Shown: piece after piece, positions 46,501-55,309 of the stretch | Layout: each line of letters starts with the position of its first letter | Position numbering within the stretch: the first letter of the stretch is position 1 | NCBI GenBank assembly: GCA_044223005.1 | Contig: JBGAML010000021.1 | Span: forward strand, 1-64,000 | Length of the DNA stretch: 64,000 nucleotides | Direction: 5' to 3' | Source of the DNA: Candidatus Eiseniibacteriota bacterium | GTDB lineage: Bacteria; Eisenbacteria; RBG-16-71-46 | Translations under genes and position numbers: made by a program | Notes under the pieces: generated by a model | The model's database searches: none | What the model was told of the DNA's origin: nothing | What the model saw: the letters and a program-made list of their open reading frames with translations, nothing else

Positions 46501-47609
46501 GGATCGCGCACCTCGACACGGGCCGCGACTGGCGCGGCGGGCAGGGCCAGGTGCTGCTGCTCGCGCGCGCGCTCGCCGCGCTCGGGCACGAACAGCGGCT
46601 GCTCGCGCCGCCCGGGCCGCTGCTCGAGCGCGCGCGCACCGCGGGGTTGGACGCCGTCGCCTGGCCCTCGCGCGGCGAACTCGATCCGGGTGCGATGCTC
46701 GCGGCGCACCGCGAGCTGGCGCGCTTTCGGCCCGACGTGGCGCACCTGCACAGCGCGCACGCGCATGCGCTCGGCTACTTCCCGGCGCGGCGCGCCGGCG
46801 TGCCCGGCGTGGTGGTGTCGCGGCGCGTCGACTTCACGGTCGGCGGCAATCCCCTGAGCCGGTTCAAGTACACGTGGAACGTCGACCGCTACTTCTGCAT
46901 CAGCCGTGGCGTCGCCGACGCGATGCGCGCCTCGGGCATCGCGGAGGAACGCCTGGCGCTCGTGCCGAGCGGCATCGATCTCGCCGCGGTGCGCGCCGAC
47001 GGCGAGGCGCCGGCGCCCGCGCTGCGCGAGTGGCTGCGCCTGCCCGCCGAGGCGGAGATCGTCGGCACCGTCGCCTCGCTCGCGCCGCACAAGAACCACG
47101 CGCTGCTGCTCGAGGCCGTGCCTGCCGTGCTCGCGCGGCGGCCCAACGCCGTGTTCGTGTGGCTGGGCGAGGGCGAGTGCCGCAGCGCGCTCGAGCGGCG
47201 CCGCGCCGAGCTCGGGCTCGAATCGCGCGTGCTCATGCCCGGCTTCCGCGCCGACGTGCGCGCGCAGCTCAAGCAGTTCGACCTGTTCGTGCTCTCCAGC
47301 TACCTGGAGGGTCTCTGCACCTCGCTGCTCGATTCGCAGGCGCTCGGCGTGCCGATCGTCGCGACGGCGGTCGGCGGCGTGCCGGAGGTGGTGTCCGACG
47401 GGATCAGCGGCCGCCTGGTGCGCGCGCTCGAACCGGCGCCGCTGGCCGAGGCGATCGCCGCGGCGCTCGAGCGGCCGGAGGACCGGCGCGCCTGGGCCGC
47501 CGGCGGGCTGGATTCCGTGCGGAGTTTCGGCATCGAAACGACCGCCCGGCGCTCCCGGGAGGAGTACGAACGCGTGCTCGCGGCTCGCGGGCGCGGGCGG
47601 GCGCGCTGA
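46497..47609 (+). CDS. GT4 glycosyltransferase
   Basis: WRGGQ.Q, HKNH, FVLSSYLEGL, VATAVGGVPE. Confidence 0.9.
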   Translation: MRIAHLDTGRDWRGGQGQVLLLARALAALGHEQRLLAPPGPLLERARTAGLDAVAWPSRGELDPGAMLAAHRELARFRPDVAHLHSAHAHALGYFPARRAGVPGVVVSRRVDFTVGGNPLSRFKYTWNVDRYFCISRGVADAMRASGIAEERLALVPSGIDLAAVRADGEAPAPALREWLRLPAEAEIVGTVASLAPHKNHALLLEAVPAVLARRPNAVFVWLGEGECRSALERRRAELGLESRVLMPGFRADVRAQLKQFDLFVLSSYLEGLCTSLLDSQALGVPIVATAVGGVPEVVSDGISGRLVRALEPAPLAEAIAAALERPEDRRAWAAGGLDSVRSFGIETTARRSREEYERVLAARGRGRAR

Positions 47610-47656
47610 AGGGGGCGGAGCCGGGCCGCCCGATGGCCGATAACTCGTGCAGTATC

Positions 47657-47686
47657 TTGACGCTCGGCGCGCGGCGAGAGTAGCTT
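47657..47686 (+). promoter_or_regulatory. sigma70 promoter for rseP-tamA-tamB
   Basis: TTGACG-N18-TAGCTT; AAGGAG SD before the GTG. Confidence 0.55.
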
Positions 47687-47718
47687 CGCGCCACTTCCCA
47701 CCGGCCCAAGGAGAGACC

Positions 47719-49095
47719 GTGAGCCTCAGCACCATCCTGCCGGGCCTGCTGCTGCTCGGGATCGTGATCTTCTTCCACGAGCTCGGCCATTTCCTCGCCG
47801 CCAAGTGGCGCGGCGTCACCGTCCTCAAGTTCTCGCTGGGCATGGGCCCCGAGATGCTCGGCTTCACCGCGGGCGGGACGCGTTACTGCTTGTCCTGGAT
47901 ACCCCTGGGCGGTTTCGTTCAGATGGCGGGTGATTCGCCGGGCGAGGACGGCTCCATGCCCGAGGGCGGGCAGGAGCAGTTCCTGACCCACCACTGGTTC
48001 GGCCGCATCGTGATCGCGGTCGCGGGGCCTCTCGCGAATCTCGTCACCGCGTACGTCGTGATGGTGAGCGTCTGCCTGATCGGCCTCACGCAGCCCGACT
48101 TCCCCAACGTGATCGGCACGCTCGAGTCCTCCACGGCCGCGTATCGTGCCGGCGTGCGGCCGGGGGACAAGATCACCGCGCTCGGCGCGAAGCCGATCAC
48201 GACGTGGCACGACCTCGAGCAGGCCGCCGAGGCGCGCGACCACAAGTCGCCGATGACGCTGGCTCTCGTGCGCGACGGCGCCCCGGTCGCCGTGACCGTG
48301 CCGGCCGAGGCTTCGCGCGCCGTGCTCGGTGACCTCGCGCCCGAGTCGAGCCCCGCGCTCGTCGGCGGCGTGGCCACGGGCATGCCGGCCTACCGCGCGG
48401 GCATCCAGGAGGGCGACCGCATCGTCGCCGTGGACGGCCACGCGGTGCAGCGGTTCGAGGAGATCGCGCAGCAGCTGCGCGGCAAGGTCGACCACCCGGT
48501 GGCGGTCGACGTCGTGCGTGCGGGCAAGCGCTTCACCGTCACGGTGAGCCCGATCAGCGCCGACGGCAGCCGCGACTCGCAGCACGCCGTCATCGGCATC
48601 GAGGCGCCGCGCGGCATGACGTGGGTGCAGCACTTCACGCCGGTCGAGGCGGTCAAGGCCGGGTTCACGGGCACGATCGGCCTCGTGGCGACGGTGTACC
48701 AGGGCATGTGGCTCACGGTGTCGCGCCCGGTCTACTACCGCGACTACGTCGGCGGCCCGATCTTCATCGGCCAGATGGCGCGCGAGTCGGCGCGCAAGGG
48801 GCTCGACAACTACCTCTACTTCCTCGCGATGATCAATCTCGCGATCATGGCCTTCAACCTGCTGCCGCTGCCGTTGCTCGACGGCGGGCACATCCTGCTC
48901 GCGCTGGTCGAGGCCGTGCGCCATCGCACGCTCTCGGCGCGGACCTACATCAACTTCCAGAAGGTCGGGCTGGTGCTCGTGGGCACGCTGTTCGTCTTCA
49001 TCCTGTCCAAGGACATCGTGCGCCCGTTCCAGCGCATGCGCGCGCTCGACCGCGCCCCCCGGGAGACGACCACGGTTGCCCCTGCGCCTCACTGA
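47719..49095 (+). CDS. rseP: RIP metalloprotease RseP
   Basis: HELGH, IPLGGFV, AGP..N, two PDZ-like domains, NLLPLPLLDGG. Confidence 0.95.
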   Translation: MSLSTILPGLLLLGIVIFFHELGHFLAAKWRGVTVLKFSLGMGPEMLGFTAGGTRYCLSWIPLGGFVQMAGDSPGEDGSMPEGGQEQFLTHHWFGRIVIAVAGPLANLVTAYVVMVSVCLIGLTQPDFPNVIGTLESSTAAYRAGVRPGDKITALGAKPITTWHDLEQAAEARDHKSPMTLALVRDGAPVAVTVPAEASRAVLGDLAPESSPALVGGVATGMPAYRAGIQEGDRIVAVDGHAVQRFEEIAQQLRGKVDHPVAVDVVRAGKRFTVTVSPISADGSRDSQHAVIGIEAPRGMTWVQHFTPVEAVKAGFTGTIGLVATVYQGMWLTVSRPVYYRDYVGGPIFIGQMARESARKGLDNYLYFLAMINLAIMAFNLLPLPLLDGGHILLALVEAVRHRTLSARTYINFQKVGLVLVGTLFVFILSKDIVRPFQRMRALDRAPRETTTVAPAPH

Positions 49096-49114
49096 GTTCG
49101 CGCCGCCGTCCGCG

Positions 49115-51118
49115 ATGCTCCGGCGGGCCGTGCTCGTGCTCGGCCCGCTCGTGCTCGCGACGGCGCTCGCGGCGCCACCCGCGGCCGCGCAGACGGACGA
49201 ACTGCCGGAGGACCTGCGCTCGATCGCCGACGTGCGCTTCGAGGGCGTGAACCGGCTCGGCCGCCGTCCGCTGGCGGGACTGTGGGTTTTCGGCCACCGC
49301 CGGCTGGTGGGCGTCGGCCTGCACACGCGCCGGCCCTCGCCGCTGCCGTGGCGCGAGCGGCCGCAGCTGCGGCGGGACTACCTGCGTGCGGACTCCGCGA
49401 CGATCGTGTCGTTCTACCGGCACTACGGCTACCTCGACGCGCAGGTGAGCGTGCGCCTCGTGCCGGGGCGCGACCCGAAGACCGCGACGGTCGTGTTCGG
49501 CGTGCAGGAGGGACCGGTGACGCGCGTCGCGCACGTCGAGTTCGACGGCGTGCACGTCTACCACACGTCCGAACTGCAGCGCGCGCTTCTCGCGCAGCCG
49601 AAGACGCCTTTCGATCCGGCGTTCCTGCAGCTCGACACGCTCAAGATCCGGGCGATGTACCTCGAGCGCGGCTACAAGGCCGCCGTGGACGCCTCCGCGA
49701 AGCGGGGCGTGCCCGACAGCGTGCACGTCGACGTGCGCTACGGCGTCGACGAAGGTCCGCAGTATCGCGTCGGCCGGATCGACTACGAGGACGTGGGCCG
49801 CGTGAAACCGGTGCGCGAGATGCTCGGGCGTCGCGAGTGGCTGCTCAAGCCGGGCGACGTCTACAAGCAGTCGCTGCTCGACCGCACCAAGGAGCGCATG
49901 TACAACACCGGGCTCTTCCGCTCGGTGCAGGTCTCGGACGCCGTCGACTCCACGCACGGCACGATCGACCTCGGCGTGCGCGTCGCCTCGCGGCCGCCGC
50001 GCTGGCTGGACCTCGGCATCGGCAGCGGCACCACGAACCGCTACCAGGTGACGGGCGAGTGGGGCCACCGCAACCTCGACACGCGCGCGCTCGGCGGCGT
50101 CCTCGACGGCCAGCTCGCGCGCGACGGACAGAACCACCCGACCACCGAGGCGGCGAGCTTCACGCTCTCGGAACCGTGGCTGCTCGGCGTGCGGCTGCTG
50201 GGGCAGAGCAGCGTCTTCTACCGCAACGACCACGATCGCGCCGATCCGCGATTCGTCCAGAACGCCGAGCACAAGGGTTTCAACTTCAGCCTCTACCGCG
50301 AGCTCGGCCGCATTTCGCGACTGACGCTGGTGCAGCAGAACGACTTCGTGCGCCAGGGCTACGACGTGCTGAAGGACTCCGCCAACGTCGTGCGGGATTC
50401 GCTCGCGCGCTCGTTCGTGTCGCGCTACCGCACGAACACGCTGCGGCTCACGCTCGAGCGCGACATGCGCAACGACCGCATCTCGCCGACGCGCGGCTCC
50501 TACCAGGTGCTGAGCGGCGAGCTCGCCGGCGGACCGCTCAAGGGCACGAGCAGCTACCGCAAGTCGGTCATCACCTCGACCTGGTACACGCCGGTGAAGG
50601 TGCGCGGCCAGTTCGCGGTTCGCGCTTCGGCAGGTGTCATGGAACCGTTCGGGAGCAGCGACGTCAGCTTTTCGCCGGACGTGGGTCTCGACGCCTGGGT
50701 GGGACGGGTGCCGCGCGACAACCGGTTCTTCATCGGTGGCGTGAACTCGCTGCGCGGCTACGCGGAGAACTCCGTGCCGGTCAACGGCGGCCTCGCGATG
50801 GCGGTGGCCAACCTCGAGCTGCGCGTGCCACTCGCGGGCCCGTTCGGGGTCGAGTTCTTCGTCGACGCCGGGAATGTCTGGGACCGGCCGGCGTACGTCC
50901 GGGGGAAGGACTTCGTGGCGCCCTGGCGGGCGACGCGGGTATCGTCCGGCGACATCCGCTACACGTACGGTTTCGGGCCACGGCTGGTGCTGCCGTTCGG
51001 TCCGCTCCGGATCGACCTGTCGTGGAGCGACCGGCCCGACTTCCCGCGGGGCGGCCGGTTCCTGTGGATCCAGCACGCGCCATTCGTCTACCAGTTCGCG
51101 ATCGGCCCGTCGTTCTGA
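49115..51118 (+). CDS. tamA: Omp85 family outer-membrane protein, TamA-like
   Basis: Signal peptide, POTRA-like repeats (HYGY, ERGY, TGLF), GGVNSLRGY, terminal IGPSF; next to tamB. Confidence 0.78.
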   Translation: MLRRAVLVLGPLVLATALAAPPAAAQTDELPEDLRSIADVRFEGVNRLGRRPLAGLWVFGHRRLVGVGLHTRRPSPLPWRERPQLRRDYLRADSATIVSFYRHYGYLDAQVSVRLVPGRDPKTATVVFGVQEGPVTRVAHVEFDGVHVYHTSELQRALLAQPKTPFDPAFLQLDTLKIRAMYLERGYKAAVDASAKRGVPDSVHVDVRYGVDEGPQYRVGRIDYEDVGRVKPVREMLGRREWLLKPGDVYKQSLLDRTKERMYNTGLFRSVQVSDAVDSTHGTIDLGVRVASRPPRWLDLGIGSGTTNRYQVTGEWGHRNLDTRALGGVLDGQLARDGQNHPTTEAASFTLSEPWLLGVRLLGQSSVFYRNDHDRADPRFVQNAEHKGFNFSLYRELGRISRLTLVQQNDFVRQGYDVLKDSANVVRDSLARSFVSRYRTNTLRLTLERDMRNDRISPTRGSYQVLSGELAGGPLKGTSSYRKSVITSTWYTPVKVRGQFAVRASAGVMEPFGSSDVSFSPDVGLDAWVGRVPRDNRFFIGGVNSLRGYAENSVPVNGGLAMAVANLELRVPLAGPFGVEFFVDAGNVWDRPAYVRGKDFVAPWRATRVSSGDIRYTYGFGPRLVLPFGPLRIDLSWSDRPDFPRGGRFLWIQHAPFVYQFAIGPSF

Positions 51119-51155
51119 CGGGCGACCGCACGGCGTTCCCCGATTCGGGAGTTCG

Positions 51156-54100
51156 ATGAGCGACGACGATCTCCAACGGCCCGACGCGCCCGAGACCCCG
51201 GGGGAGCCGCATCCCCACGGCGTGGTCGAGACGTTGCGCGAGGAGATCCACGACGTCGTCGAGCACGTGCCGCAGCCCGTGCGCTGGACCGTGGGCAAGC
51301 TGGTCCGCGTCGGCCTGCTGGGCCTGCTCGCGCTGGTCGTGCTCGCGATCGTGAGCGCGGGGCTCTACCTGGCCAATCGCACCGAACTCGTGGCGCGCGA
51401 GCTGACGCTGCTGCTCGACCAGACGCTGGCGCAGCGCAGCGACCTCGCGCTCCAGATCGCCGACGTGAAGGGCAACCCGCTGACGGGCTTCCGGCTGCTC
51501 GAGCCGCGCGTGCGCTTCCGCGACGACGGCACGACGCTGCTCGCCGCTCACGAGATGCGCATCAACTATTCGCTCTGGGGGCTGCTGCGCCGCCAGGGCG
51601 GCCCGGTCGACGTGACGCTGACCGGCGCGACGATCCGCCTCGACGGCGGCCGCGGCGGCGCGTGGCGGCTGCCCGCGTGGAAGGCGGGCAAGCCCGCGGG
51701 CAAGGGCGGTGGCCGGCTCGACTTCCACCTCGCGCTCGCGGACGCGCGACTGCAGGCGCCGAAGCCGATCGGGACCGTGACCGGCGTCGACCTGCGCCTC
51801 GCGGGCTCGACCGGCGCGCGCACGCGCGTCGTGCTCGAGCGCCTGCGCTGGGCGCAGGGGCCGTGGCACAGCCGGCTCGAGGAACTGGCGGCGGACCTCA
51901 CCAGCGACCGCGACTCGGTGGTGGTGCGCGTGCGCGAGCTGCGCACCGGCGACCTGCAGCTGCGCGGCTCCGCGCGCTGGAAGGCGGGCGCGAGCGAGCG
52001 CCGGATCGCGGCCGACGTCGGGCGCATTCGCTGGCGCTGGCTCGCGGAGGTGTTCGTCAACGACGAGTTCGACGTCCCGGGCGAGGGCCGGATCCACGTC
52101 GCGGCGACGCAGGGGCCGGGCTGGAACGGAGCGTTCACCGCGGACGGGTCATGGGACAGCCTCGACGTCGTGGGTCGCGGGCGTTTCGGCTGGGACGGCC
52201 GGCACCTCGCGCTCGATTCGCTCGCGGGCCGCTCGATCGCGGGCGACTTCGACGGCAGGCTGCGCTGGTCGAAGCAGGGCTGGGAGCTGGAGGGCGGCGC
52301 GGTGAACGCCGACCCGGCGAACTGGCACGCGCTGCGACTCGATCACTGGCCCGCGGGCAAGCTGAACGGTCACCTGCGCTACGTGCTCGACTCGCGCGGC
52401 AAGGTCAACCGATCGCGTCTCGACGTGCGGCTCGCCGAGTCGGAATGGACCGGATGGCGCGTGGACAGCGGCACGGTGCGCATCGATTTCCCCGGCGTCA
52501 CGCAGGACTCGTTCGCCGTGGTCGGTTGGCGGCGCGGGGGCACGTTCCGGCTGGACGCGCGCATCGACAAGACCGGCTGGTCCGGTCCCTACGCGATCGA
52601 CGACTTCCCGCTCGACGAGTGGCCCGACGGCCGCGCGTCGGGCCTGCGCGGCACGCTCGTGCACGGCGACGGGCGCGTGCAGCAGCGGGACGGCCAGCTG
52701 TTCGTGACCGGCGATCTCGAAGGCGCGGGCACCGACTGGAGCGCGGCGCACTTCGCGCACTGGCAGCTGGACGGGATCGACGGGCGGCTGCTGCCGACGC
52801 CGGACCTGACCGCGGGCGCGGTGGCGCGCGACGGCTTCTTCGTGGGCGTGCACCTCGACAGCGCGGACGCGGCGCTGCACCTCGGCAACCAGCAGGTGAG
52901 CTTCGGGCCGCTGCACGCCGCGGCCGGCGACACGCTGTTCACGGGCGAGGGCGACGCCGACTGGCAGGGCACGCACTGGCGCGTGACGATGAACCGGGCG
53001 GCCGCGGCGAGCTCGCAGTTCGCGTGGACCGCGGCGCCGCCGCTCGCCTTCTCGGGCGATCCGCAGGGCACGCTGTTCGACCGCGTCGTCGCCGACGACG
53101 GCCCTGCGCATCTCGAGGCGCGCGGCCGCTGGGCGGCGCCCGGCGGCTTCTACGACTTCCAGATGGACGGCCGGAACCTCGGCCTCGGCCGGCTCGGCAT
53201 GCCGGCCGAGTGGGGACTCGACGGCCGCACGGACGCGCACCTCGTCGTGACCGGGCGCTCCGGCGATCCCACGTGGACGTTCGACGCCCGCGCCTCGCGC
53301 CCGGGCTGGGGCGGGCACGACTGCGACACCATGAGTCTTTCGCTCGCCGGACGGCAGCACGAGCTCGAGGTGCGGGACGTGCTGTTCGGTCTCGACGGCG
53401 GCGTCGCGCGCGGCACGGGCCGCGTGCAGCGCACGGTGAAGGCGTGGCCGGATTCGCTCACGTCGACCGCCGTGGTGCGCTGGCTGCAGGACGCCGGCGC
53501 GTGGGACGGCCGCGTGACGGCGGAGCGGCTGCCGATCGGCCACCTCGGTGCGATGGTGCCGCAGGCCGACGGCTGGGGCGGCGTCCTCGGCGGCACGCTC
53601 GCGATCGCGGGCGAGCCGGCGAAGCCGCGGCTGGAGCTCGACGCCACGGCGGACGACTTCGGCTGGCGCGACTATCGCGCGCAGCGGATCGAGGCGAAGG
53701 CGACGCTCGCGGACGGCGCGCTCGACGTGCCGCAGACGCTGGTGACGATGCAGGGCGTCGTCTCCACGATCCGCGGGCGCATGCCCGTGAATCTCGCGCT
53801 CGGCCGGACGCCCGACGTGCCGGACGCGCCGATGCACTGGTCGGTCGACGTGCCGCGCGGCGACCTGAAGCTCCTGCCCGCGCTGGTGCCGCTCATCCAG
53901 GCGGCCCGCGGGCGGTTCGACCTCGCCGCGACGCTCGAGGGCACGACGCACCACCCGCGCATCGACGGCCACGCGCACATCCGCGACGGCACGGTGCGGC
54001 CCGCCGGTCGCGAGGAGATCCTCGACGGCGTGAACGCCGACCTGCGTTTCGACGAGTCGCGCGTGCTGCTCGACTCGCTCGTCGCGAAGCAGGGGCGGAC

Positions 54101-55226
54101 GGGCCGCGTGTGGAGCAAGGGGTCCGCGCAGCTCACCGGGCTCGCGGTCAAGACGTACGCGTTCGACCTCTCGATGCGCGACTTCGCCTCGAGCCAGGAG
54201 GGCCTCTACGCGCTGCTCTTCGACGGCGACTTCAAGGTCGTCAACGGGCCGCCGGTGCTGGGCCAGCCGCTGCCGCAGGTGATCGGCGACGTGCACGCCA
54301 AGCGCGGTGTCGTCGAGTTCGACTTCGCCAACCAGAGCGAAGTCCAGAAGCGCATGGCGACCACGGAGCCGCTCTACTGGACGTACCGCATTCACTTGAA
54401 CGCCCCGAGCAACCTGCGCTGGCGGCCGCCCGACGGCGACATCGAGTTCAACGCCGACCTCGACCTCGAGCAGACGCCGGACTCGCTGCTCATCTACGGC
54501 GAGATGCACCTGATCAAGGGGCACTACTACTTCCTGAGCAACCGATTCACGCTCTCGCAGGCCGACCTGACGTTCGACAACCAGCAGGGCGTCGACCCGG
54601 TGCTCGACATCGTCGCGGACACGCGGCTGCGCCCGAGCCGGGGCGAACTGGCGTCCGGGACCCAACTGTCGTCCGGAACGTCCAACCTCGAGGACATCAC
54701 GGCGCGGCTCACCGGGCGGTCGAGCCAGCCGCAGATCGTGCTCACCAGCAACAGCGGCTGGGACCAGAGGGAGATCCTGGGCGAACTGACCTACGGACGG
54801 TTCACGGGCGAGGGCGTGTCGCCGACGGACCCGGTGCAGAACTACCTGACGCGCCAGATCTCGAACCAGGTCTCGCGCGAACTGGCGAGCTTCTTCGACG
54901 ACCGGATCAACAAGTGGGAGCTCGCTCGGGACCAGGGCGAGCTGTTCGGCGGCCCGGGCGGCGTGCTGATGAGCGTGGGCGGGGACATCGACGCCCGGAC
55001 GTCCTGGACGTACCGGCAACGGCTCCCCGGGCTGGACAATCCGGTGACGAGCCAGCAGGCGGGGACCTCGAACTCGCTGATCGACCGCGACGTTTCGGTC
55101 GAATACCGCATCAACCGGTTCATCTACGCGACCACGGAACTGACCCAGCGCCGGGTGGGGGCCAACACGGTCGGGCAGAACAACACCGAGTTCAACGTCA
55201 ACCTGAAGGCTCGCTGGGAATACTGA
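51156..55226 (+). CDS. tamB: Translocation/assembly module TamB (AsmA-like)
   Basis: N-terminal TM anchor, long beta-rich body, DUF490-like DPVLDI.A, terminal aromatic WEY. Confidence 0.78.
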   Translation: MSDDDLQRPDAPETPGEPHPHGVVETLREEIHDVVEHVPQPVRWTVGKLVRVGLLGLLALVVLAIVSAGLYLANRTELVARELTLLLDQTLAQRSDLALQIADVKGNPLTGFRLLEPRVRFRDDGTTLLAAHEMRINYSLWGLLRRQGGPVDVTLTGATIRLDGGRGGAWRLPAWKAGKPAGKGGGRLDFHLALADARLQAPKPIGTVTGVDLRLAGSTGARTRVVLERLRWAQGPWHSRLEELAADLTSDRDSVVVRVRELRTGDLQLRGSARWKAGASERRIAADVGRIRWRWLAEVFVNDEFDVPGEGRIHVAATQGPGWNGAFTADGSWDSLDVVGRGRFGWDGRHLALDSLAGRSIAGDFDGRLRWSKQGWELEGGAVNADPANWHALRLDHWPAGKLNGHLRYVLDSRGKVNRSRLDVRLAESEWTGWRVDSGTVRIDFPGVTQDSFAVVGWRRGGTFRLDARIDKTGWSGPYAIDDFPLDEWPDGRASGLRGTLVHGDGRVQQRDGQLFVTGDLEGAGTDWSAAHFAHWQLDGIDGRLLPTPDLTAGAVARDGFFVGVHLDSADAALHLGNQQVSFGPLHAAAGDTLFTGEGDADWQGTHWRVTMNRAAAASSQFAWTAAPPLAFSGDPQGTLFDRVVADDGPAHLEARGRWAAPGGFYDFQMDGRNLGLGRLGMPAEWGLDGRTDAHLVVTGRSGDPTWTFDARASRPGWGGHDCDTMSLSLAGRQHELEVRDVLFGLDGGVARGTGRVQRTVKAWPDSLTSTAVVRWLQDAGAWDGRVTAERLPIGHLGAMVPQADGWGGVLGGTLAIAGEPAKPRLELDATADDFGWRDYRAQRIEAKATLADGALDVPQTLVTMQGVVSTIRGRMPVNLALGRTPDVPDAPMHWSVDVPRGDLKLLPALVPLIQAARGRFDLAATLEGTTHHPRIDGHAHIRDGTVRPAGREEILDGVNADLRFDESRVLLDSLVAKQGRTGRVWSKGSAQLTGLAVKTYAFDLSMRDFASSQEGLYALLFDGDFKVVNGPPVLGQPLPQVIGDVHAKRGVVEFDFANQSEVQKRMATTEPLYWTYRIHLNAPSNLRWRPPDGDIEFNADLDLEQTPDSLLIYGEMHLIKGHYYFLSNRFTLSQADLTFDNQQGVDPVLDIVADTRLRPSRGELASGTQLSSGTSNLEDITARLTGRSSQPQIVLTSNSGWDQREILGELTYGRFTGEGVSPTDPVQNYLTRQISNQVSRELASFFDDRINKWELARDQGELFGGPGGVLMSVGGDIDARTSWTYRQRLPGLDNPVTSQQAGTSNSLIDRDVSVEYRINRFIYATTELTQRRVGANTVGQNNTEFNVNLKARWEY

Positions 55227-55309
55227 GGCGGAACGGAACCGACCCGGGCGGTGTTACAGTCTCCACGCGGCGCGGGCGGCGTCGCGACGGCCGGGAGAGA
55301 GGGCACAGC

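Noticed and set aside
51662..55309. 2272-aa ORF that extends the Omp85 fusion about 1200 codons upstream
   Set aside because: The extension is an Arg/Gly/Ala-rich off-frame shadow of tamB; the real gene starts at ATG 55310 with an SD and a signal peptide
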